DNA of 64,000 nucleotides, taken from the NCBI GenBank assembly GCA_021811145.1, contig JAJZPN010000005.1:15409-79408 (forward strand). The letters are read 5' to 3'. Within the stretch, counting starts at the first letter, position 1. The number at the start of each line of letters is the position of its first letter. The DNA is from Pseudomonadota bacterium. Its GTDB lineage: Bacteria; Pseudomonadota; Gammaproteobacteria; Burkholderiales; Ferrovaceae. Shown one piece after another: positions 28,483-35,277 of this stretch. The translations under genes and the position numbers were made by a program. The notes beneath the pieces are model-generated. The model saw nothing but the letters and a program-made list of their open reading frames with translations, had not been told where the DNA came from and ran no database searches.

Positions 28483-30168
28483 CTAGAGGGTCGCTCGTCT
28501 CAAATCAGCGAGCAATTCCACCAAATATGAATTAAAACGTGCAGCCAATGCACCATCAATGACACGGTGATCATAGGATAGCGACAAGGGAAGGATTAAC
28601 CTGGGTTGGAACTGATTATCTTTCCACACAGGTTTCATCGCGGAACGACATACTCCTAGTATCGCCACTTCAGGGGCATTAATGATTGGCGTGAAGTATG
28701 TTCCCCCAATTCCACCTAAACTGGAAATGGAGAATGTCCCTCCTTGCATATCTGAGGGTGACAATTTCCCCTCACGTGCTTTTTTAGCCAATTGCGCAGC
28801 TTCATCAGCAATTTGTAAAACGCCCTTTTTATCTGCATCTTTTATAACTGGTACCACAAGTCCATTGGGGGTATCGGCAGCAAAACCAATATGGTAGTAA
28901 TGTTTCAAGACCAGATTGTCGCCATCTAATGAGGCGTTAAATTGTGGGAATTTACGTAAAGCATTGCATACTGCTTTAATTAAAAAAGCGAGCATGGTGA
29001 CTTTTATACCTGCTTGTTGCTTTTCTGAGTTTAGTTGTACACGAAAAGCTTCAAGCTCAGTAATGTCTGCATCATCGTTATTGGTAACATGAGGAATCAT
29101 GACCCAATTACGATGCAAATTAGCCCCAGAAATCTTTTTAATACGACTTAAAGGCTGAACTTCGATTGCGCCAAATTTTGCAAAATCTACCTGCGGCCAA
29201 GGCAATAGACCTAAACCCAACCCAGCTGACACACCAGCACCACTTCCCTGCGCTACAGAGGCTAAGGCTGTTTTAACAAATCCTTGTACATCCTCTTTGA
29301 GGATTCTTCCCTTAGGACCACTTCCTTTCACTTTACTGAGATCAACGCCTAACTCTCGTGCAAATTGGCGCACACTGGGGCTTGCATGAGCTTTCATGAA
29401 AGCTACTTGATCAACTGTGTTACCAGATACCGTCTTATCCCCAGAGCTCACAGCCGGTTGTTCTGTACTAACAGATTGGCTTTGCGCGACAACCGGCTCC
29501 TGTGGGGTACCATAAGATGGTTGTTTGTTACTCTCTTGCTCTGGGGCTACCTGAGCCACAGGCTGAGAGACCGTTAAGGTTGCGATGGCATGGCCTTGCG
29601 AGACTTTGTCTCCTAGCTTAACCAATACAGATTTAATCACGCCATCCTGAGGAGCGGGGACTTCCATGGTCGCTTTATCTGACTCTAGCGTGATCAATGG
29701 ATCGTTAGCTGAAACCTGATCACCTGGTTTAACCATCAATTCAATGATAGGGATATTGTCAAAATTACCAATATCAGGAACAGTAATGGTGATCTCCTCT
29801 GTCGCCGTCACTGCTTTGGTAGACTGTTCTTTAATGGGTTGCACTTGAGAAGGAGTATGTGATGTGTTGTCCTGCTGTTTTACTTCTTCTTGTTTTACTA
29901 CAGGCTGTGATTCTTTTTGAGCAGCACCAGCTGATGTCTCCTCTACCGTCAAAATCAGGCTTCCTTCTGACACACGGTCTCCCAATTTAACGTGAACCGC
30001 CGTCACCGTTCCACTTACAGTGGCTGGAACTTCCATGGTGGCTTTATCTGACTCTAGGGTAACAAGGGGATCATCTTTGTTGACTTGGTCTCCAACTTTG
30101 ACCATTAATTCGATGACAGGAATATTCTTAAAATCTCCAATATCTGGAACTTTAACCTCGACGGTCAT
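28483..30168 (-). CDS. aceF: Dihydrolipoamide acetyltransferase (E2) with two lipoyl domains
   Basis: Two LESDKATMEVPA lipoyl-lysine motifs, an E3-binding domain (SPSVRQFARELGVDL) and the catalytic SYDHRVIDGA. ATG 30168 is preceded by GAGGAGG; the track start at 30186 is less likely. Confidence 0.9.
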   Translation of the reverse strand: MTVEVKVPDIGDFKNIPVIELMVKVGDQVNKDDPLVTLESDKATMEVPATVSGTVTAVHVKLGDRVSEGSLILTVEETSAGAAQKESQPVVKQEEVKQQDNTSHTPSQVQPIKEQSTKAVTATEEITITVPDIGNFDNIPIIELMVKPGDQVSANDPLITLESDKATMEVPAPQDGVIKSVLVKLGDKVSQGHAIATLTVSQPVAQVAPEQESNKQPSYGTPQEPVVAQSQSVSTEQPAVSSGDKTVSGNTVDQVAFMKAHASPSVRQFARELGVDLSKVKGSGPKGRILKEDVQGFVKTALASVAQGSGAGVSAGLGLGLLPWPQVDFAKFGAIEVQPLSRIKKISGANLHRNWVMIPHVTNNDDADITELEAFRVQLNSEKQQAGIKVTMLAFLIKAVCNALRKFPQFNASLDGDNLVLKHYYHIGFAADTPNGLVVPVIKDADKKGVLQIADEAAQLAKKAREGKLSPSDMQGGTFSISSLGGIGGTYFTPIINAPEVAILGVCRSAMKPVWKDNQFQPRLILPLSLSYDHRVIDGALAARFNSYLVELLADLRRATL

Positions 30169-30312
30169 GGGCAATTTCCTCCTCAAGAGCTAGTGGCTCA
30201 ATTATTTTGTATGAACTTATTCGTATTTCCCGGGATCTATCCAAAAAACACGCTATAACTCATTTAGTTTAACATGTTAGAGTTCTACTAGGCTGTCAAA
30301 TAAGGAAAATCA

Positions 30313-30873
30313 ATGAAAATTTCTGTAATTAAACTTATTGTTATTGCCGTAGTAATTGGGGCAATTGTTGAAGGTGTATCTATCTATCGCAGTTTAAGTT
30401 ATTGGGGACCTCAGAAGCACAGTGAAAACACTGCCACACCTAATGCCATGAACTTTTTGAAGCTCTCTCTTAGCGATTTAAATCAACAGCCTCAATCACT
30501 ACAGCAATGGTCGGGAAAAACCATTGTGATTAATTTTTGGGCAACCTGGTGTGAGCCTTGTAAAGAAGAAATGCCAATGCTTAGTCAAATACAAAAAGAT
30601 GTGGCAAATCAACAGGTCCAATTTGTGGGTATCGGCGTTGATGATGCCAAGGAATTACAAAACTGGATCAAAAAAAGTCCAACGAGCTATCCTATTTTAG
30701 TCGGTAATGACAGCACATTAGAGTTGACCCGAGCCTTGGGTAATGAACAACAAGGTATTCCTTTTACTCTTATTATCTCTCCCACAGGAAACGTCATCTA
30801 TAAAAAATTAGGTAAAGTCAAACAAGAGGACATCATGAAAGCCTTAGCAACAACCCATCCACCCCAAGCCTAA
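30313..30873 (+). CDS. Membrane-anchored thiol:disulfide oxidoreductase, TlpA/ResA/DsbE family
   Basis: N-terminal TM helix and a thioredoxin fold with WATWCEPC. Confidence 0.8.
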   Translation: MKISVIKLIVIAVVIGAIVEGVSIYRSLSYWGPQKHSENTATPNAMNFLKLSLSDLNQQPQSLQQWSGKTIVINFWATWCEPCKEEMPMLSQIQKDVANQQVQFVGIGVDDAKELQNWIKKSPTSYPILVGNDSTLELTRALGNEQQGIPFTLIISPTGNVIYKKLGKVKQEDIMKALATTHPPQA

Positions 30874-30893
30874 TTGCTTGACCAAGTCATTAA

Positions 30894-30931
30894 GCTAACA
30901 CCTGTTTTTGTAATTCAAACAGAGTGTTAGC
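30894..30931 (+). terminator. Long hairpin downstream of the TlpA-like gene (possible terminator)
   Basis: gctaacacctgttt-ttgtaattc-aaacagagtgttagc gives 14 bp with one bulge, 20 nt after the stop. The downstream sequence is only a weakly T-rich tract. Confidence 0.4.
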
Positions 30932-30975
30932 CACTTAGTTATATTTAATGTGAATTTAAAAAATAGTAAGCCACT

Positions 30976-31005
30976 ATATGTTATAATTCAAAGTTAATAA
31001 CATAT
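30976..31005. promoter_or_regulatory. 9-bp perfect inverted repeat upstream of the kinase gene (candidate regulator-binding site)
   Basis: ATATGTTAT-12 nt-ATAACATAT, 30-59 nt upstream of the GTG at 31035. An AT-rich context makes a chance occurrence plausible. Confidence 0.25.
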
Positions 31006-31034
31006 TAATTTTAAACGAATTTTTTTGATTTCAA

Positions 31035-32882
31035 GTGGTAGTCTTCGTTAACTTATTGAATAACAGTTTGTTCAGGAATAGCTCTTTTTTTCTTGTGCTT
31101 TTCCTTTTATTACTGTCATTACTATCACAAGAAGCTCATGCTGCATCACCCTATCTATTAGACCGTGCGTATTTTTCTGATAAAGACAATCGTTTAACTA
31201 TTGAAGATGTCACTTCACTCCCCTTTATTACTAATCAACCACAAACTATTAATCGAGGTTATATTAATTACCCATTATGGGTTCGCATAAATATTAAAAT
31301 TCCCGTTAAAGAAAAATTAGCATTACGTATACTCCCTACGTTTTTAGACGATGTTGAAATATACCAACATGTTAATGGTCGATGGGAAGTGAAAAAAGTG
31401 GGCGATATTTATGCAAATAACAATTTTGATTATCCAATTACCACTTATGCAGTAGCAATAAACCCGCTAATTGATCATTCTGAAATATATATAAGGTTGA
31501 AGACGTCGAGTTCAGCAATAATTTCTACTGATATCTTAAGTGAAAAACAGCTCTTAGAAAGTGAAAGTAACCGCAACATAATTTTTGGGTCCTATCTCAC
31601 CGTCATCCTGGCTACATTAATTTGGTCACTCTGGCTACTCTATCGTTTTCGTCAAAAAACTATTTTCTTTTTTTCTTTACGGACCATTAATGAGTTCTTT
31701 TTTGTTTTTTTTGTCATAGGATTTGGCGGACATTATCTGTTTCCCGACCAACCAATGATAAACAATAAGATAACCAGTATAAGCATACTGCTGAATGTAC
31801 TGTTAGGAGTATTATTTCATCGAGAATTCATTAAAAATGAAGTTAATAATAGGTTTATTGTCCGCTGTCTAAGTGTTTGTTCTATCGCAGATGGTCTTTT
31901 AATCATTATGTATTTAATGGGTTATCATCAGTTCGCACTCAAATACAACCTAATTATGGCATTTTTCTCTGGTTTGGTTTTTTCTTATATACCAATCGAT
32001 TATTTTTTACATAAGAACAAGAAGTTTTCGTTCAGTATTGCCTTAATATATGGCCTTATTGGTCCAGGCTTGGTGATAGGATTACTACCCTATTTCGGGC
32101 TAAGAGACAGCGCACATTGGAGTCAATCCCTTAGTATTGCTCATGGTATTTTTGCCTCTTTACTTGTACTCATCTTGGTGTACTTTAAAGCCCTATCAAA
32201 CCAGTTGAGAATAAATAAAATGTCTCAAGACTTTGAAAAAGAAAAATGGGCTCATAACCAACAAAAACAATTACTTTCAATGTTAGTACATGAAATCAAG
32301 ACGCCACTTTCTGTCATTAAATTAGCGGTAGATAGTCAATTAAAAGATAACGAGGTTGGTGGTTATGCCAATGAGGCGGTGAGTGATATTGATAAATTAG
32401 TTAATCGCATTGTTGAGTGCGATAGATTGGAAAATGAGCCAATTAAAATGCATCTATCTACCATCAACTTGAATGAACTCATTAGAGAATTAATTGATGC
32501 AACGGATCAACCAGAACGTTTTCTATTTTCTCAGCAAAACTCAACTACCCTTTCCGCTGATAGAGAAATTATAAAATTGATTGTAAACAATTTACTTGAA
32601 AACGCACTAAAGTACGCATTGGCAAATTCAGTGATTTGGATAAACACAGAAACCAAAGACAATCGTTACTATTTGTCGATAGAGAATGAAGTGGGAATTG
32701 CCGGTGCTCCTGATAGTAATTTTGTGTTTAAAAAATATTATAGAAATATAAAAGCAACCACAGTACCTGGTACAGGTTTGGGGCTATATCTAGTACGCTC
32801 GGTTGTGGAGCTTCTCAAAGGTGAAATGACTTACATAAATGAAGACAATAAGGTGATATTCAAGCTATGGATACCAACATAA
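31035..32882 (+). CDS. 7TMR-DISM-type sensor histidine kinase (periplasmic DISMED2-like domain, 7 TM, HisKA, HATPase)
   Basis: Signal peptide ...SQEAHA|AS, a ~150 aa extracytoplasmic domain and about seven hydrophobic helices. H-box LVHEIKTPLSVI, N-box LLENALKYA, G-box GTGLGLYLV. There is no in-frame ATG near the start, so it is GTG or TTG. Confidence 0.75.
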   Translation: MVVFVNLLNNSLFRNSSFFLVLFLLLLSLLSQEAHAASPYLLDRAYFSDKDNRLTIEDVTSLPFITNQPQTINRGYINYPLWVRINIKIPVKEKLALRILPTFLDDVEIYQHVNGRWEVKKVGDIYANNNFDYPITTYAVAINPLIDHSEIYIRLKTSSSAIISTDILSEKQLLESESNRNIIFGSYLTVILATLIWSLWLLYRFRQKTIFFFSLRTINEFFFVFFVIGFGGHYLFPDQPMINNKITSISILLNVLLGVLFHREFIKNEVNNRFIVRCLSVCSIADGLLIIMYLMGYHQFALKYNLIMAFFSGLVFSYIPIDYFLHKNKKFSFSIALIYGLIGPGLVIGLLPYFGLRDSAHWSQSLSIAHGIFASLLVLILVYFKALSNQLRINKMSQDFEKEKWAHNQQKQLLSMLVHEIKTPLSVIKLAVDSQLKDNEVGGYANEAVSDIDKLVNRIVECDRLENEPIKMHLSTINLNELIRELIDATDQPERFLFSQQNSTTLSADREIIKLIVNNLLENALKYALANSVIWINTETKDNRYYLSIENEVGIAGAPDSNFVFKKYYRNIKATTVPGTGLGLYLVRSVVELLKGEMTYINEDNKVIFKLWIPT

Positions 32883-33520
32883 CCATAACTATTATTGAAG
32901 ACAATCAGAGTTTAAGAAAGTTAATTGCATATACTTTGCGCTCACACGATTATCATGTTGTAGAAGCAGACAGTGCAGAGAGTCTTGATCAAGTTAATAT
33001 CTTAAACCAAAGCCATTTGTTGATTTTAGATCTTAATCTTCCAGGTGAGGATGGCTTAAGTATTGCCTTAAGAGCAAAAAGTGCCAATCCAGACTTATTT
33101 ATTATTATGTTGACTGCGAGACACACTGAGTTAGATAGGATAAATGGCTATAACCAAGGTGCTGATATTTATTTATCTAAACCTGTCTCTCAAAATGAAT
33201 TACTCGCAGCCATTAAAAGCCTAGAAAGAAGGATTCGAGTAACTTGGGCTACTAAAGTTAATAATAATATAGATACTAGCAACATTTTATTTGAGGCTAA
33301 TACGAACGTTAACACCAATTCAGAGGCTGTTAAATTAACTCCTATGCAATTAAAAGTGTTGGCACTGATTGCAAGAGGACACTCCAATAAACTCATCGCC
33401 AAATACTTAGATATTTCAGAACAAACTGTCAAAATACATAGTTCTCAGATTTTCAAAAGATTAGAGGTTGATAATAGAACGCAGGCGGTATTAAAAGCTC
33501 AATCCTACTCTCTCATCTAG
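32867..33520 (+). CDS. NarL/FixJ (LuxR-type HTH) response regulator with an Asn-rich linker
   Basis: Receiver IIEDN...LILDLNLPGEDG...LTAR...SKP. Linker KVNNNIDTSNILFEANTNVNTNSE. HTH LTPMQLKVLALIARGHSNKLIAKYLDISEQTVKIH. 16-nt overlap with the kinase gene. Confidence 0.85.
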   Translation: MDTNITITIIEDNQSLRKLIAYTLRSHDYHVVEADSAESLDQVNILNQSHLLILDLNLPGEDGLSIALRAKSANPDLFIIMLTARHTELDRINGYNQGADIYLSKPVSQNELLAAIKSLERRIRVTWATKVNNNIDTSNILFEANTNVNTNSEAVKLTPMQLKVLALIARGHSNKLIAKYLDISEQTVKIHSSQIFKRLEVDNRTQAVLKAQSYSLI

Positions 33521-33596
33521 TGCAACAGCCCATTTCCTTTTACGGCCCGTCTAGGAAGCGCCCGTAAGAGGTGATTTCGATTTCGGAGTACAGGTC

Positions 33597-34007
33597 TTAC
33601 CGGCAGCCAACGATCCAGTTTTCTAGTTCGAGCGCTGGCACACGTTCGAACTCCGCGACGTTGTTGGTGACCAGCACCAAGCCTTCGCTTCGGGCATGCC
33701 CCGCAATGTGCATGTCATTCACCCCGATGGGTTGACCAAGCTTTTCAAGGGCCGCGCGGATGACGCCATAGTGCTGGGCGGCCTTGGTACCATAGGGCAG
33801 CACCTCCAGGCGGCTGCAGAAGTCCTCAATGGCCGCCAGGTTCTCACTGACGCGTTGGCTTTTCTCGGCGCCGTGTATCAATTCGGCCAGGGAGATTGAC
33901 GAGATGGCCATTCGACTGGCGTTGGCGTTAAACGTGGATAGCAGCGCGAGCGGGCGGCGCTTCAACACATAGATGACAATGTTGGTATCGAGCAGGTAGC
34001 GCAACAT
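33597..34007 (-). CDS. vapC: Type II toxin VapC (PIN-domain ribonuclease)
   Basis: MLRYLLDTNIVIY...SLAELIHGAEKS...GVNDMHIAGHA...LVTNNVAEF carries the PIN acidic residues. The ATG at 34007 overlaps the vapB TGA (TGATG). An alternative TTG is at 34010. Confidence 0.9.
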   Translation of the reverse strand: MLRYLLDTNIVIYVLKRRPLALLSTFNANASRMAISSISLAELIHGAEKSQRVSENLAAIEDFCSRLEVLPYGTKAAQHYGVIRAALEKLGQPIGVNDMHIAGHARSEGLVLVTNNVAEFERVPALELENWIVGCR

Positions 34008-34240
34008 CAAAGGGCTTCCCGCTCCGGCTGATGTTGAGAGGCACGTTCAGACAAGAAGTCATCACTCACACGTGGGCCTTCCAGAAAGAAGCTGTCCCAG
34101 GATTGACCGAGAGGCGCGATGATGCGCTCATGCCCTTTGACGCGGATTTCGACTTTGTGGACGCCCTCAGGCAAACGGACGTCCAACGGCAGCCGGACGG
34201 CTTGGGTGCGGTTGTTGACAAAGACGGTACCGATGGACAT
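34007..34240 (-). CDS. vapB: Type II antitoxin VapB (AbrB/SpoVT-like fold)
   Basis: MSIGTVFVNNRTQAVRLPLDVRLPEG...SDDFLSERASQHQPEREAL, 77 aa. The ATG at 34240 is preceded by TAAGGAG. The track ORF (to 34378) is a spurious upstream extension. Confidence 0.85.
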   Translation of the reverse strand: MSIGTVFVNNRTQAVRLPLDVRLPEGVHKVEIRVKGHERIIAPLGQSWDSFFLEGPRVSDDFLSERASQHQPEREAL

Positions 34241-34261
34241 GTTAGACTCCTTACACGTTAC

Positions 34262-34299
34262 TATACAGCAATTGTATATAGCAACGCCTATGGAGTCAA
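34262..34299 (-). promoter_or_regulatory. vapBC promoter with an overlapping palindromic operator
   Basis: Minus strand reads TTGACT-17 nt-TACAAT (-35 at 34294-34299, -10 at 34271-34276). The inverted repeat TATACA-N5-TGTATA (34262-34278) overlaps the -10. Confidence 0.55.
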
Positions 34300-34449
34300 G
34301 TTGACGGCTGACGGCGCCAGAGGATCCCTGTAGCCATGTGCAAGACACGTGTACGAAGTCGGTCTCTGACAGCCGCAATTATAGAGTGTGTGTTAAGGAG
34401 CTCTGTGGATGATTAAAACTATCCCCTTAAATGGGAAAGAGCCACATAA

Positions 34450-34526
<77 letters not shown>

Positions 34527-34534
34527 AACAATCT

Positions 34535-34543
34535 ATTATAACA
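34535..34543 (-). promoter_or_regulatory. Extended -10 promoter element (TGTTATAAT) for tRNA-Pro
   Basis: Minus strand reads tgttataat agattgtt followed by the tRNA 5' end, so the TATAAT is 8 nt from the mature 5' end. The -35 is weak (TTATCT). Confidence 0.45.
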
Positions 34544-34582
34544 ATATTCAACTAGTTAGATAAGACTGTCTTAAAGAAAAAA

Positions 34583-34984
34583 CTAACTTAGTAAAGCCAA
34601 GATTGCCGATAACTCGTTGCGTAATTGGTTCTTATCAATTTTGCTACTGTGGAAGGGTCTCTTTTGTTCCTCTAATAACTGTCTAATGGCTACTTTTTCC
34701 TCAGGAGATGAGAGTACATGCTTGGCACCGTTAATAGTAAAACCGCGATCATAGAGAAGTGAACGAATACGACGGATAAGAAGAACTTCGTGAGGTTGAT
34801 AGTAACGACGGTTACCTCTTCTTTTAACCGGTTTTAACTGATTGAATTCCTGTTCCCAATAACGCAGAACATGGGGTTTCACTGAACACAGCTCACCAAC
34901 TTCACCAATAGTGAAATAGCGTTTATCAGGGATAGGAGGAAAGATAACCTTTTCCTCACTATTGGTCTGTGTTAGCGTCTCCAT
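34583..34984 (-). CDS. MerR-family transcriptional regulator (conserved partner of ihfA)
   Basis: [28 protein letters not shown], 133 aa. Overlaps the 3' end of ihfA. Confidence 0.8.
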   Translation of the reverse strand: METLTQTNSEEKVIFPPIPDKRYFTIGEVGELCSVKPHVLRYWEQEFNQLKPVKRRGNRRYYQPHEVLLIRRIRSLLYDRGFTINGAKHVLSSPEEKVAIRQLLEEQKRPFHSSKIDKNQLRNELSAILALLS

Positions 34985-35267
34985 TGCGATTTTCCACTAG
35001 ACTTTTCAATTTTTGACTAGCATGAAAGGTGACCACGCGGCGAGCTGAAATAGGAATCTCTTCCCCAGTTTTTGGATTTCTGCCAGGACGCTGTGGTTTG
35101 GTTCTTAACTGAAAATTGCCGAAACCAGACAATTTAACTGTATCGCCTTTTTCTAAAGCCATACGGATTTCTTCAAAAAAGGTATCCACTAAATCTTTTG
35201 CTTCGCGTTTATTCAGACCAACTTTATCAAACAATAAGTCAGATAATTCTGCTTTTGTTAGTGTCAT
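34959..35267 (-). CDS. ihfA: Integration host factor subunit alpha
   Basis: [27 protein letters not shown]...[26 protein letters not shown]. Follows pheT. Confidence 0.95.
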   Translation of the reverse strand: MTLTKAELSDLLFDKVGLNKREAKDLVDTFFEEIRMALEKGDTVKLSGFGNFQLRTKPQRPGRNPKTGEEIPISARRVVTFHASQKLKSLVENRNGDANTDQ

Positions 35268-35277
35268 GGATCACCTC

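Larger units (their letters stand above)
33521..34380. mobile_element. GC-rich (~60%) horizontally acquired islet carrying only vapBC; no mobility genes
   Basis: There is an abrupt compositional step. Hand count is 36/60 GC in line 33601, against 18-19/60 in the adjacent kinase gene and ~26/60 in pheT. It lies ~70 nt from the 3' end of tRNA-Pro. Confidence 0.6.

Noticed and set aside
33566-33588. Possible degenerate att repeat: aagaggtgatttcgatttcggag compared with the tRNA-Pro 3' half gagaggattcgaacctccgac
   Set aside because: Only about 13 of 22 positions match, and that needs indels. This is too weak to call a direct repeat without a statistical alignment.
34241-34378. N-terminal 46-codon extension of track ORF 34007..34378 (MRLSETDFVHVSC...)
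   Set aside because: The conserved VapB sequence begins at MSIGTV (ATG 34240) and has a strong SD. The extension would run through the predicted promoter and operator and has no antitoxin-like sequence.
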